In this document: positions 29,404 to 40,172 of the stretch, in pieces | Numbering within the stretch: the stretch's first letter is position 1 | How the letters are laid out: every line of letters starts with the position of its first letter | Notes under the pieces: generated by a model | What the model saw: only the letters and a program-made list of their open reading frames with translations | Database searches by the model: none | What the model was told of the DNA's origin: nothing | Translations under genes and position numbers: made by a program | Virus record (IMG/VR): IMGVR_UViG_3300026484_000295 | Span: 1-64,000 of that record | From: a virus | Reading direction: 5' to 3' (one strand) | Length of the DNA stretch: 64,000 nucleotides

Positions 29404-29668
29404 AATATTAAACAGTTTTAAGGGCAAATCACTAGACATTTATTTAAAATTAATATACATATTGCCAAGCCATGAAGGTTTGGATGATTTTATAAAAGAT
29501 AATAGTATACGTGGTTCTAATAATTTTAGTCTTTTTCAAAGTCATTTGAATATTTTAAATCATATACCAATCAAGTTCAATAATACACCAAACTACCATT
29601 CCAATAATAATTCTGGTGTATTATTAATATTTGGTGGTACTGAATGGATAACTATTTCTACTATATAG
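29384..29668 (+). CDS. Hypothetical protein
   Basis: 94-aa ORF. Confidence 0.5.
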   Translation: MLIDRIEILNSFKGKSLDIYLKLIYILPSHEGLDDFIKDNSIRGSNNFSLFQSHLNILNHIPIKFNNTPNYHSNNNSGVLLIFGGTEWITISTI

Positions 29669-30380
29669 ATAATGTTTCATAAGATTTTATTATATATCTA
29701 ATAGCTTGAGATTCACTTAATTGTATTTTAATTCTATTTTCATCTAATAAGATAAGTGGTACAACATCTCTTTTCCAATACTTTGTACCTTGTATATCAT
29801 CATAAGTATATAATATAATATCTAAATCAAATGTTGCCATATTATGTTGTATTATATATTCAGTTAATGGTTGATCTACCCCCAATACAGCCTTAACAAC
29901 TGATCTATTTTCAGAATCAATATATTGAGCAACGGTACGGCCAACATATCTATAAACACTAATAGTAATATCTCCTACTGGAGGAGAATTTTCAAATGAC
30001 AAAATTCCATTGGTATAATCAAATAAAGGTTGAGATGGGTGAGAAGTTGGTATTTTTACACCATTCGCAAAAACATTAATAGAATAATCAATACCATATG
30101 ATGGTGGTATCAATCCATTAATAAGTTCAGAATCAATTATTAACTTCCAAGCTTTACGATCTTGTACTGTTGTATCCTTAGTCATAATAATATTCTCTAA
30201 ATATTCTATATTATTTAAAGTTGTATCTGGTATAGATGGAATATAATCAATCCAAACTTCTTTTGCATGCGGATAAATTAATAGGCCATCATCCTCTTCA
30301 AACCATTGTTTGTTATTCGATGTATGTTGCTTATTAACTATTTTTTTATGTGAATAATTTATTTTTGTTATATCTCTCAT
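29661..30380 (-). CDS. Putative virion structural protein
   Basis: FDYTNGILSF...YRYVG; follows 30383..32359. Confidence 0.6.
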   Translation of the reverse strand: MRDITKINYSHKKIVNKQHTSNNKQWFEEDDGLLIYPHAKEVWIDYIPSIPDTTLNNIEYLENIIMTKDTTVQDRKAWKLIIDSELINGLIPPSYGIDYSINVFANGVKIPTSHPSQPLFDYTNGILSFENSPPVGDITISVYRYVGRTVAQYIDSENRSVVKAVLGVDQPLTEYIIQHNMATFDLDIILYTYDDIQGTKYWKRDVVPLILLDENRIKIQLSESQAIRYIIKSYETLSI

Positions 30381-30382
30381 TT

Positions 30383-32359
30383 CTATCTCCAATTATCTGA
30401 AATTTCTTCAATTTCATTTATTTCAATATCATTATATAGAACAATTTTTAGAAAGTACCCATAATTAGAATCTACTGTTGAATTTGTACCGATTGTCCAA
30501 CCGATTTCAAGTCGATTACCAATCTTATCAATATCAGTTGCACAACCTGTACCATCTACGGTACTATTATTTGCAAAATCCTGAGCATCATATAAAACAT
30601 TTAAATTCAACCACCCTGTTAGTGATGGAAATTTAATAAATATATCAAAGTCTATACCTAAATTGCCCAATGTTAATATTTTAATACGTCCGTTAGAATT
30701 AGATTTTAATAGCGATTGGAATGATCTATAATAAAACTGGTCGTCAGATGAAAATCCACTATAATCTACTGCAAGTCCGTATTTAGCATAATCTGTGTTT
30801 GCTTTTTTAAGTTTGCCTAAAAATTGTTGTGCATTGTATTGTGTTAATAATTCTTCACTATCCCATATATTTTTCGAACCAATTATAGTCGCATCATCAA
30901 AATTCGTTGAATCTGGCAAACGATAATCTTCATCTTTAAATGTCTCTTTCAATAAATTTGAATTATCATTAATATTATTAGTATCTATTAACAGATCTAA
31001 TCTGTATGATGTAGTAGGTCCCCATCCTGTGGTAACTTTCCCACCTTTAGCATATATTTCTACTTTATCACGCATTACACCCACTCCAACAAACTTGATC
31101 ACATAATCAGTCAAAATTAAAGTATCATTCCAATTAGGTACTAATTCTCCAGCCAAATTACTAGCTGGATCATTCCATACAATATTACTTGCATTAGAAT
31201 ATGCCATTGATAAATTTAAGGGGTAATCCCAATAAGTATTAGCAAAAATATTTTCAGATGTTAAACTAAGACCAAATTCAATATTTTTATTTAAAAACTC
31301 TATACCAGAAATGCTTTTTGCATTTCCTGTTTTTAAATAAAAATTATCGATAGTAGTATTAACAACAGTACTATCATAATCATAAAATATTTCGGATGTA
31401 TTAGTTAAGTAGTCTCCACCTGCTACATCAGTATGTTTAACATAAAATGAGTGTTTACCTGGGGAAATTGATGCCTGTCCAGATATAGTACCTATATTTA
31501 ATTCGCCTGTTCCTCGTTGCCATTTTTTAAAATCGTTATAACGTTCAATATTATTTATTGTTAAAATGTGCGTATCACTACGATATAAATCTTTATTTGG
31601 ATTTACTGTAATACTAGTACTCGTTCCATCATTAAGAGTTATTGTTTGGTTGATATCCGGTAAAAAACCTTGAACTGTACCATAATAATCTCTGCTAGAT
31701 TCATTAAAATTGTTGAATAAATCAATACCATCATCAACTTCTATCCCATCATACACAGCAACAATAGTACCTTGATCTGCTCTACCAAATTGTAGCTGTT
31801 GTTTATCTTTTACCGTGTATCCATGTATGGGCAATTCAGCAGATAGTTTATTATCAGTTATAATATAGGATATATAATCACCGTCAGATAAATCACCTAG
31901 ACGCAATCTTTCAGAAATCTGATCATTTTGTTTAGCTATTCTACCAGATTTAAAACCGCCGACAACATCAATCACTAAATCCCCAAATAGAGGTGATGCT
32001 TCTGCAGGCGCTAAATCCTTCAATGCTTCATTGATTTCATCTACCGCCGTTGATATTTTTGTTGTAGTACTAAATTCAAATAAACCATCCGGATAATATT
32101 CGCCGTCCCTTGTAAAACCAATTTCATCTGAGCCTAATAAAACAACTTCTAATATATGTGGTTCATAAGGTAGTCCAGTCTGAGGATCCAATTTTAGATT
32201 AACACTTTGAAATTTTCCAATAGAAGTATTATACCAAATCCTGCCTAATCGCCACTCTGATTCGGGTGGTACAGCATCTAAAGTTTCTGGTACTAAATTT
32301 TTAATTTTAGCATTTGGGCTCATATTTAGATGTTGTTTTAAATAAAAATCTGCTGACAT
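30383..32359 (-). CDS. Putative virion structural protein
   Basis: 658 aa, beta-rich; GRIWYN; ATAAATA upstream. Confidence 0.6.
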   Translation of the reverse strand: MSADFYLKQHLNMSPNAKIKNLVPETLDAVPPESEWRLGRIWYNTSIGKFQSVNLKLDPQTGLPYEPHILEVVLLGSDEIGFTRDGEYYPDGLFEFSTTTKISTAVDEINEALKDLAPAEASPLFGDLVIDVVGGFKSGRIAKQNDQISERLRLGDLSDGDYISYIITDNKLSAELPIHGYTVKDKQQLQFGRADQGTIVAVYDGIEVDDGIDLFNNFNESSRDYYGTVQGFLPDINQTITLNDGTSTSITVNPNKDLYRSDTHILTINNIERYNDFKKWQRGTGELNIGTISGQASISPGKHSFYVKHTDVAGGDYLTNTSEIFYDYDSTVVNTTIDNFYLKTGNAKSISGIEFLNKNIEFGLSLTSENIFANTYWDYPLNLSMAYSNASNIVWNDPASNLAGELVPNWNDTLILTDYVIKFVGVGVMRDKVEIYAKGGKVTTGWGPTTSYRLDLLIDTNNINDNSNLLKETFKDEDYRLPDSTNFDDATIIGSKNIWDSEELLTQYNAQQFLGKLKKANTDYAKYGLAVDYSGFSSDDQFYYRSFQSLLKSNSNGRIKILTLGNLGIDFDIFIKFPSLTGWLNLNVLYDAQDFANNSTVDGTGCATDIDKIGNRLEIGWTIGTNSTVDSNYGYFLKIVLYNDIEINEIEEISDNWR

Positions 32360-32442
32360 ATATGCTCTCCGTTTTTATATCATTTTTATATATTTATTCA
32401 TTTTTTTGTAAAATATTATTAATTCAATTAAAGAGGAACTAT

Positions 32443-33171
32443 ATGAAAAAAGAAACACTAGACGAATTAACTAAATTACAAGATGCCCTAAATGAGTTGA
32501 TAACTCCAAATTGGAAATCTAATCGCAATGAATTAGATTTTATGGTTGCAAACCATCAGGAAATGGCAGAATTGATTGATACTGAATATATTGATACTGA
32601 TGGACAAAAGCATGCATTAGGTTGGAAATGGTGGAAAGGTGCAGAGGGTCAAAGAACTATGGATTATGTTGATTGGGATTCAATGCATGAGGGTGTGAAA
32701 AATAATATTAAAATCGAATTAACCGATCTACTATTTTTTACACTTTCTCAAAAGGTACTTGGAGACCTGACAGGTGAAGATGAAACTATACAACTTAGTG
32801 AGAATGATTGGATTAACTTTGTAAGCATTTCAGCAAACAATTTACTACAACGTCCTGGTGCAGCTTTAATGCTAATCTTAGAATTAGCAAATAAAATCGG
32901 CTTCAATATAAGTGCGTATTATATAGCAAAACATACTTTAAATCATATCAGGCAACTATCAGGCTATAAAGATGGGACATATGTAAAGGTTAATAAAGGT
33001 ATTGAAGACAATGAATTATTACACTCTGTTATTGAGCATATTTCTATCAATGACATAGATAATAACTTTGTAAACATAGCCGATAAAATTATTGATGATA
33101 CATATGATATTTTTAATGTTGATAATAAAGATAGAATGACTATTCTAAAATGGAAAAATATTCTAAAATAA
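32443..33171 (+). CDS. dut: Dimeric all-alpha dUTPase (Campylobacter/trypanosomatid type)
   Basis: E.AEL.D, WKWWK, IELTDLLFF, K..LN..RQ..GYK.G.Y.K...EDNE; start ATG 32443 after GAGG. Confidence 0.88.
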   Translation: MKKETLDELTKLQDALNELITPNWKSNRNELDFMVANHQEMAELIDTEYIDTDGQKHALGWKWWKGAEGQRTMDYVDWDSMHEGVKNNIKIELTDLLFFTLSQKVLGDLTGEDETIQLSENDWINFVSISANNLLQRPGAALMLILELANKIGFNISAYYIAKHTLNHIRQLSGYKDGTYVKVNKGIEDNELLHSVIEHISINDIDNNFVNIADKIIDDTYDIFNVDNKDRMTILKWKNILK

Positions 33172-33181
33172 AGGCAAAGGT

Positions 33182-33607
33182 ATGGAAGATAAAAATCTTG
33201 AAGAATTATCAGAGAACGAAATAGTTGATGCATTGATTACACCTATACAACCTCCAGCTAATTCTTTAGAAGAAAGCGGAGATGAATTGAGAGCTATGGG
33301 TTTTAGAGATATTTCGGAGGCTGATGATAAACAAGTCATGGAAGAAGCTATGAAAAATATTCAGATTACTAAGCTTTTATCAGATGCATCTCGAGGAACA
33401 AAAGACAAAAAATCTATTAAAGATTACTTAGAACAACATATTAAATTTTTAGAAAGTGTGTCTCCAGGTAAATCATTAACAGACATTATTGAAAAAATAA
33501 CTGTTGAACATGCAAAAGCAATTTTAAAAACAACAGCAAAACAATCTGATGTTCCAGATGCAGTAATAAAAAAACATTTGAAAACATTGAAGAAAAAATA
33601 TACTTAA
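33182..33607 (+). CDS. Hypothetical protein
   Basis: 141-aa ORF. Confidence 0.7.
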   Translation: MEDKNLEELSENEIVDALITPIQPPANSLEESGDELRAMGFRDISEADDKQVMEEAMKNIQITKLLSDASRGTKDKKSIKDYLEQHIKFLESVSPGKSLTDIIEKITVEHAKAILKTTAKQSDVPDAVIKKHLKTLKKKYT

Positions 33608-33656
33608 TTGTATAATTATATATGAAAACAAATTAAAAACAAAAAGGATTTAAAAA

Positions 33657-33953
33657 ATGGCAATAGAATTTGATACAGAAGTTATGGAAAATGCAATGAG
33701 AGCATCACTAATTATCGCTCAACAAGAAGAAATTTTAAATGAAGCTTTAGGTACTCTTGCAGCAGATTTTGGTGTAAGTAAAGGTATCGCTAAAAAAATA
33801 ATTAAAGCTTTTGCAGCAGATAAAATTGAGAAAACTCAAGAAAAAATGGAAGATGAAAGAAGTGCATTAGCAAACGCAGATTTAATGTTAGAAGCTGTTG
33901 AAAATATGTCTTTTGAACCAGAAGATTTATTAGATGAAGAAACTGAAAACTAA
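33657..33953 (+). CDS. dsDNA-binding protein, T4 DsbA-like
   Basis: Short helical protein with ..FGV.K....KIIK pattern and acidic tail. Confidence 0.45.
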   Translation: MAIEFDTEVMENAMRASLIIAQQEEILNEALGTLAADFGVSKGIAKKIIKAFAADKIEKTQEKMEDERSALANADLMLEAVENMSFEPEDLLDEETEN

Positions 33954-33975
33954 AATTTAAAGCAAGGTTTATTTT

Positions 33976-34806
33976 ATGAAAAATATCAAACATAATCAAT
34001 CTCATACTAACGAATATGAGATTGAAATCCCTATACCAGTAACAAAGCCTAAAAATATATCTGTCTTTGACGATCAACAAAGAAATATAGCGGTTTTGCG
34101 TATATATGGTGAAATTGATGAACCCTCAGAATATATTGAAGAACTATCAAAATTAAATAATTTATCACATCAATATGATGTTATTGAAATTACACTTAAT
34201 TCACCAGGTGGAAGTCTTAATACTGCTGTCGATTTAGCTTCAATTATTAATAACTTTCAGCATGTTGTGACTATTGGTAAAGGTGAAGTGGCTTCTGCTG
34301 CATTTATGATTTGGACTATGGGAGATATTAAGGTCGTTACTGATTACTCTATGTATATGGCTCATAGAGAATCATATGGCATGTATGGTAAAACTTCAGA
34401 ACATAAAGCTGCTGCCAATGTTTTTGGTGAAGTATATGAAGAATTATTTGAAGATTGTTTTGGTAATATTTTAACTAAAGAAGAAAAACAAATTGCAGAA
34501 AGAAGCGAAGCATGGATTTCCTATAAAGACTTACTATCTCGTCCAGGTGTAATTTCGTATGACAGTTATATTGAACCGGCTAATCCATATTCTATTATGG
34601 ACACTTATATTTCAAATGATGGTAAAATGTTTATGTTTGATAATGAAATCGGAGCATTTAGAACTATCAAAATTAAATATGGTAATGAGATTATTACCGA
34701 TATGACCGATTATCTTTATGGAATTACAGCAATTACAAAATTACCAAAGATTAAAAATAAACCTTCTAAAAATGTAAAATTAAAGAAAAAGAAGGATAAC
34801 AAATGA
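33976..34806 (+). CDS. ClpP-like protease (S14/S49 superfamily)
   Basis: IYGEI, LNSPGG, VASAA (Ser), MAH (His). Confidence 0.82.
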   Translation: MKNIKHNQSHTNEYEIEIPIPVTKPKNISVFDDQQRNIAVLRIYGEIDEPSEYIEELSKLNNLSHQYDVIEITLNSPGGSLNTAVDLASIINNFQHVVTIGKGEVASAAFMIWTMGDIKVVTDYSMYMAHRESYGMYGKTSEHKAAANVFGEVYEELFEDCFGNILTKEEKQIAERSEAWISYKDLLSRPGVISYDSYIEPANPYSIMDTYISNDGKMFMFDNEIGAFRTIKIKYGNEIITDMTDYLYGITAITKLPKIKNKPSKNVKLKKKKDNK

Positions 34807-35693
34807 TACCAAACCAACCAGTAAAAGTAGATGTCGAAGAAGCACAAGATTTAGCAAATATTAAAACATCAAAAATTAAAATAGGACTAGATGATATAGA
34901 CAATTTTATCAAAGATGAAATTAAAGATAGTTTTTATATGAAATTTTCTAATGGAGATTTTGAAAAATCATGGTCAGAGTATAAATCAATTCCTGTATTT
35001 TTAGCAAAAGGAAATATTTATGATCTGGTACCGGAAGGTATTTCTAAAGAGACACATTATGTATTACGTTTAGTTGCAACATGGCATGTTGAAAAAGCAT
35101 TAAATGCTTTAAAATTCGATACTGATAATGATGATAATCTTAAAATAGATACCTCTATGGGTAATATTGGTACAGCGGGACGTATAGCAAAAATATGGGC
35201 AGGAAATACTTTAGATTCTGAAAATATTAGAGAATATGGTGATGGAAGATTTACAAAAATGCCAAGACTTGCAGCATTTCCAGCATCTGAAAAAGATAGA
35301 AAACGACCTGTTACTGTTAATATTGAAAATGCTGGAATTGGAAGTGTATGTTCCCACCACTTCCTACCATTCAGTATTACGAATGATAATAATAGCAGAA
35401 TAGTAATTTCATACATTCCAAAAGATAAACTATTAGGCTTAAGTAAAATCGGCAGATTTGTAGAGTGGTGTTTAAATAGGCCGTCATTGCAAGAAGAGGT
35501 AACTGCACTAATTCATGAAAAAATTTCTAAAATTGCAGAAACTGAAGATGTGTACGTTGGTCTTTTTAATATTGTTCACAGTTGTGAAACTACTCGTGGT
35601 GCAAAACAATATTCTACTACTACAACTGAAGATTATAGCGGTGTATTTGATGACCCGATTATGAGAAGTACTATTTTAGATGGAATCAAATAA
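34803..35693 (+). CDS. folE: GTP cyclohydrolase I
   Basis: SVCSHHFLPF, GLSKIGR, RPSLQEEVT, HSCETTRG. Confidence 0.93.
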   Translation: MIPNQPVKVDVEEAQDLANIKTSKIKIGLDDIDNFIKDEIKDSFYMKFSNGDFEKSWSEYKSIPVFLAKGNIYDLVPEGISKETHYVLRLVATWHVEKALNALKFDTDNDDNLKIDTSMGNIGTAGRIAKIWAGNTLDSENIREYGDGRFTKMPRLAAFPASEKDRKRPVTVNIENAGIGSVCSHHFLPFSITNDNNSRIVISYIPKDKLLGLSKIGRFVEWCLNRPSLQEEVTALIHEKISKIAETEDVYVGLFNIVHSCETTRGAKQYSTTTTEDYSGVFDDPIMRSTILDGIK

Positions 35694-36147
35694 AATACAG
35701 ATAGGAGGTTATGATACTCATAACCTCAGCGACAATTCAGTTTTTTTTGCATCAAAACATAAAAAATCAAAAATATCTTTCATTATACATAGCATTACAA
35801 TTATAAATGATTCAGAAATATTTAAAATTTTATTAAAAAATAAGTTTATTATTCGTATAATGAAGTTTAAAGATGAACAAACACAACAACCATCACTTGT
35901 TATAGACTTTGTTGACACAATATCAAATCAAATTAAGTCTAAACCCAATAAAATATTTTATAATGGTGTTGGTGTTGGTGGATTTTTATTTGAATTAAAT
36001 TATATTTCCCAATGGGAAATACCTATTATTGATAAGCTATTAAGATCTTTCGTTATAGGTTCTAAAGAAGATTTTTTGGAAATTATCAAATCATATAATC
36101 TATTTTTAAATAGTGAAACACAATTATTCATCGAAACCCATTTTTAA
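35680..36147 (+). CDS. Hypothetical protein
   Basis: 155-aa ORF. Confidence 0.6.
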   Translation: MESNKIQIGGYDTHNLSDNSVFFASKHKKSKISFIIHSITIINDSEIFKILLKNKFIIRIMKFKDEQTQQPSLVIDFVDTISNQIKSKPNKIFYNGVGVGGFLFELNYISQWEIPIIDKLLRSFVIGSKEDFLEIIKSYNLFLNSETQLFIETHF

Positions 36148-36874
36148 AAGGTATAAATTGAACTATTCACCATATTCATTTTCCAAAATTAACACTTACA
36201 AACATTGCCAAAAAAAATTTGAATGGACTTACGTAAATAAAAAAAATATCGATAAAAATTATAGTGATCCTACATATTTTCAACGAGGACGCTTCATACA
36301 TCAATATATCGCAAAACGGTTATTAGGTCAAAATATAGAAATAAATGGTTATTCATCAATAGAAATAGATGATAAATTAGATTTGATAGACCGGGCAGAT
36401 AAAGCATTGGAAAATGAATATATAAATATAACGTTCGATTTTGATATTACGGAAGTAGAACAACCTATTAAATTAGATAAATCTTGTAAAATTTCTAAAT
36501 CAAAAAAAGATAGCATGTTTACGGGTTTTATAGATTATTATGCAGTACATGATAACTTAGGTACAATCGTTGACTGGAAAAGTGGAAAATTTAGAGATAA
36601 TCCAAGTTTTGAACAATTACAATTATACTCTATATGGCTAATAGAAAAATACCCACAAATAGATGAAATCGATTTACTTTATTATTATATCGAACATAAT
36701 AAATTTAATATCTTAACAATAGATAAAGAAGCGGTTATTAAATTTCGAGATAGTCTATTATATGATATTTCTACGATAGAAAAAACTGATACTTTTTCTA
36801 TTAATCCATCTAAACAATGTGTGTATTGTCCTTTTTTTGAATCTTGTTTAGATGAATTTAATATTCTAATTTAA
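36113..36874 (+). CDS. Cas4/AddB-like PD-(D/E)XK exonuclease
   Basis: SFSKI..Y..C, G..IH, E, GFID, IVDWKSGK, QL..Y, C-terminal CVYCPF..C. Confidence 0.85.
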   Translation: MKHNYSSKPIFKRYKLNYSPYSFSKINTYKHCQKKFEWTYVNKKNIDKNYSDPTYFQRGRFIHQYIAKRLLGQNIEINGYSSIEIDDKLDLIDRADKALENEYINITFDFDITEVEQPIKLDKSCKISKSKKDSMFTGFIDYYAVHDNLGTIVDWKSGKFRDNPSFEQLQLYSIWLIEKYPQIDEIDLLYYYIEHNKFNILTIDKEAVIKFRDSLLYDISTIEKTDTFSINPSKQCVYCPFFESCLDEFNILI

Positions 36875-37213
36875 ATTATATTGTTCTTGAATTAGAGCAG
36901 ATAATGCATTTTTAAGTATATCTTCATATTTACTTTTCGATGCTGGTCCTGCTAGATTACCATAAACTTTACCTTTTTTCATAAATAAAACTGCTGGTAA
37001 TGTATTCATCTGAAAATAAGAAGCTACTTTGTGTTGTTCTAATATACGACATAGATAAATATCTACTTTCCCTTTTAAACGTTCATCAAATTCTTTAAAT
37101 ATTTCTAGAATCCGAGTTTTAGTTGGTATATCATCTGAATAAAATAATATATATTGTGCTTTATCTTCTAATAAAAATGCATCAACATTTTCATCTGTTA
37201 AATCTTTTATCAA
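36866..37213 (-). CDS. Thioredoxin-fold protein lacking CxxC
   Basis: LTDEN.D, FYS, cis-Pro TLPAVLF.K.GK; the CxxC position reads DIPT. Confidence 0.65.
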   Translation of the reverse strand: MIKDLTDENVDAFLLEDKAQYILFYSDDIPTKTRILEIFKEFDERLKGKVDIYLCRILEQHKVASYFQMNTLPAVLFMKKGKVYGNLAGPASKSKYEDILKNALSALIQEQYNLN

Positions 37214-37287
37214 TTCTATCTCCTTTGTTATATAGATTAATTTTACATTTTTTTGTAAAATATTAAAAAAGAAAATAAGGAAAATAT

Positions 37288-39819
37288 ATGAATAACCTTT
37301 CTAAAAAGGCAACAGATTATTTAAAACATTTAAATGACTTGGATATTGCATGGTTTGAAGATAAAAATTCAAAGTTTGTTATGCTATTTGAAAAACCTTC
37401 ACAAGTTAAAGCTATAAAACCTGTTATGGGCTCTACAAAAGATACAAAACATATTAAAAATATTTCTCTTGCTGGCCATACAATGAGACTAAAGAATTTT
37501 GATGAATATAATACTAAACTAAAGGACAAATCATGGTATAAAATGGTTAAAGATAAAGATTTACCGTTTATACCTGATAACTATGAGTTAGTTGTTAAAG
37601 AAAAATCAACAGGTAAATTTAAAACCGATTATCAAGAAATGGTTTTAAATGCCAAGCGGGCATTTGATGAAGCTGATTGGATTGTTTTAGGTGTTGATCC
37701 TGATAATGAAGGGTGTGCATTAGGGATGGAAGTTATTATGAAATGTAATGCTGAAGATAAAGTAATCGGTATGGTTAATATGTCCAAACTTGATTTTCAT
37801 TCATTAAAAGAAGAAGTTAAAACTTTAGATAAAATACCTTTTTGGAATATGGCTCAGAGTGGTTTTGCTAGAGGAGAGTTTGACTGGGCTTTTGGTTTAA
37901 ATAATACTATTTTAGCATCGGTATTATTAGGCGGTGGACAAACATATCATATCGGCGGCGTAAAATCACCAGTTATAAGAATGGTAGTAGATAGATTGAA
38001 TCATATTAAAAATTTTAAGCCTGTTAAATACTGGAGATTTGGAGGGTTAGCAAAACATAAAGAATCTGGTGTAGAATTTAATTATATTATAAAAATTAAA
38101 CAAGATGATACAGACATTATCAAAACTCAAAAAAATATAGATAAACTTGAGAAGGAATTAGAGTCCATCGATAAAGATAATGAAATCAATAAAGATAAAG
38201 TTTCGTCATTATATAATGAATTAGGCAAATTAAGATGGAAATTAAATGAATCGGTTAAAGAATTTGAGAGTTCAGAGAGAGATATTTATTCAAGTAAAAT
38301 GAGAAAAAAAGTTGAAAATGCTATAAAAGAGGGTATGAATTTTAAAGTGAGTAAATACGTACAAAAAAATAATCTCACTCAAAATCCACCTTTAGCATAT
38401 TCATTAACCGACTTACAATCGGAGGCAGGAAATTTACATAATTTTACTCCTGCAAAAACATTGGCTACAGCACAGAAATTATATGAAGGTCAATGGCAAT
38501 CTTATCCTAGAACAGATAATAGATATTACGCAAGTGGTGAAATGTCAAATATTAAAAAAATAATACCAAATTTATTGAATTTATCATCATTTAAAAATGT
38601 TAATATTCCTACCCCGTTTAAAGTAAAAACCGGAGTATTTAATAGTGCGAAAGTATCAGCCCACACAGGTTTGGCACCAACAGCAAAAGAAATGACTGAT
38701 AAATCATTATCCGGAGAACAAAAAATTATTTTTGATATGGTTGCGACAAGATACCTTATTCAATTCATGGATAAATTTGAATACTATAAAGTAGAAATGG
38801 ATGCCGATATTGATGATGATATATATCTGACTACCTTCCAAAATATCCAAACTAAAAAAGGTTGGAGAGAATTATATAATCCGGCTAATATGTACGGTTT
38901 TACTTATGTAGAACAACAAACTTTACCAACAATGAAAAAAGGCGATGACATCGAAATCATCACAATAGAAAAAGAATCATTAGAAACCAAACCAAAACCT
39001 ATGTTTAGTGAATTCAGTTTATTAAAAGGCATGGAAAATATTTCTCGTATATATCCAGAATTAGAAGGATTAGAAAAAGGTATAGGAACTCCGGCTACAA
39101 GAGCAAGCATATTAGATGCTTTATTTAAATCAAAATATCTAATTAAAAAAGGCAGAGTCATTGATGCAAGTGAAAAAGCAATAATACTTACAAATTTATT
39201 ACCTGATGAAATGACTAACCCTAAATTAAGAGCTGATATGGAAGCAAAACTTAATCAGATCGTTGATGGTAGTTTGACAAAAAAAGAGTATGAATTAGAG
39301 TTTAAGAAAATGGTTGAAGAACAGGCTAAAAAATTATATGAAATAGGCAAAAAACATAAAATTGAAATAATTGATAAAGCTACTTTACCTCCTAGTGAAG
39401 CACAATTAAAATTTGCAAAAACTATGGAGAAAGAATTAAATATAAAAATTCCTAAAGAAGCTCTAGAACTTAAAGATGAATTAACCAAATGGCTTAAAAA
39501 ACATGAAAAGAAGATGCCTAATTTGCTTTCTGATAAACAGGTTGCATTTTTAACTGAATATGGTCAGGATGATGAAGAAATCATAGCAATATTAGAAGCC
39601 AATGCTAAAAGAGAAATGACAAAAGAACAAAAATTCAAAGCATCTAAATGGTTAGGAACTTATATGCGAACTAGTGAATATCAGAAAAAGAGAGCTGCAA
39701 AAGCAGCTGCTACTAGAAAACGTAATAGAGAAGCTAAAATGAAAGCTATGGGCATTGAAACCCCAACAGTTTCTATAAAACGTCCACGTAAAAAGAAAGA
39801 GAAAAAAGAAAATAAATAA
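37288..39819 (+). CDS. Type IA DNA topoisomerase (Topo III-like)
   Basis: EKPS, GH, DPDNEG TOPRIM, AQKLYE, SYPRTD active Tyr, AH.GLAPT, GIGTPATRASI. Confidence 0.93.
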   Translation: MNNLSKKATDYLKHLNDLDIAWFEDKNSKFVMLFEKPSQVKAIKPVMGSTKDTKHIKNISLAGHTMRLKNFDEYNTKLKDKSWYKMVKDKDLPFIPDNYELVVKEKSTGKFKTDYQEMVLNAKRAFDEADWIVLGVDPDNEGCALGMEVIMKCNAEDKVIGMVNMSKLDFHSLKEEVKTLDKIPFWNMAQSGFARGEFDWAFGLNNTILASVLLGGGQTYHIGGVKSPVIRMVVDRLNHIKNFKPVKYWRFGGLAKHKESGVEFNYIIKIKQDDTDIIKTQKNIDKLEKELESIDKDNEINKDKVSSLYNELGKLRWKLNESVKEFESSERDIYSSKMRKKVENAIKEGMNFKVSKYVQKNNLTQNPPLAYSLTDLQSEAGNLHNFTPAKTLATAQKLYEGQWQSYPRTDNRYYASGEMSNIKKIIPNLLNLSSFKNVNIPTPFKVKTGVFNSAKVSAHTGLAPTAKEMTDKSLSGEQKIIFDMVATRYLIQFMDKFEYYKVEMDADIDDDIYLTTFQNIQTKKGWRELYNPANMYGFTYVEQQTLPTMKKGDDIEIITIEKESLETKPKPMFSEFSLLKGMENISRIYPELEGLEKGIGTPATRASILDALFKSKYLIKKGRVIDASEKAIILTNLLPDEMTNPKLRADMEAKLNQIVDGSLTKKEYELEFKKMVEEQAKKLYEIGKKHKIEIIDKATLPPSEAQLKFAKTMEKELNIKIPKEALELKDELTKWLKKHEKKMPNLLSDKQVAFLTEYGQDDEEIIAILEANAKREMTKEQKFKASKWLGTYMRTSEYQKKRAAKAAATRKRNREAKMKAMGIETPTVSIKRPRKKKEKKENK

Positions 39820-39861
39820 TTCTTTTTTTCTCTATAAATAAATTAAAAAAGGATTGTATGA

Positions 39862-40170
39862 ATGACACTGCTTGAATTAAATGAATCCCTTTCTCTAAAT
39901 TTTGAAAACGGCATTATTGTATATTTGGATAAATCGAATAAAACGTTTAGATTTATGGATCCAAAAGATAGTAAACGTCGAGGTTTAACAACAACTATAA
40001 AAAATAAAAACGATTATAAAAAACTAACACGTTATTATAAAATTGATAGCAGCTTTGATGAGTTTGTACCTTTGAGTAATGAATTTAAGAAAAATAATAA
40101 GTCAAATGAAATGAGAAAAGTTTTAGCTGCTATGCAAAATGATATTCTTAAATTAACTAAAGGTATATAA
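39862..40170 (+). CDS. Hypothetical late protein
   Basis: TATAAATA at 39833-39840; 102 aa. Confidence 0.65.
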   Translation: MTLLELNESLSLNFENGIIVYLDKSNKTFRFMDPKDSKRRGLTTTIKNKNDYKKLTRYYKIDSSFDEFVPLSNEFKKNNKSNEMRKVLAAMQNDILKLTKGI

Positions 40171-40172
40171 TA

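Noticed and set aside
36113-36874. CRISPR-Cas system suggested by the Cas4-like gene
   Set aside because: No array or other cas genes; solo Cas4-like nucleases are common in phages
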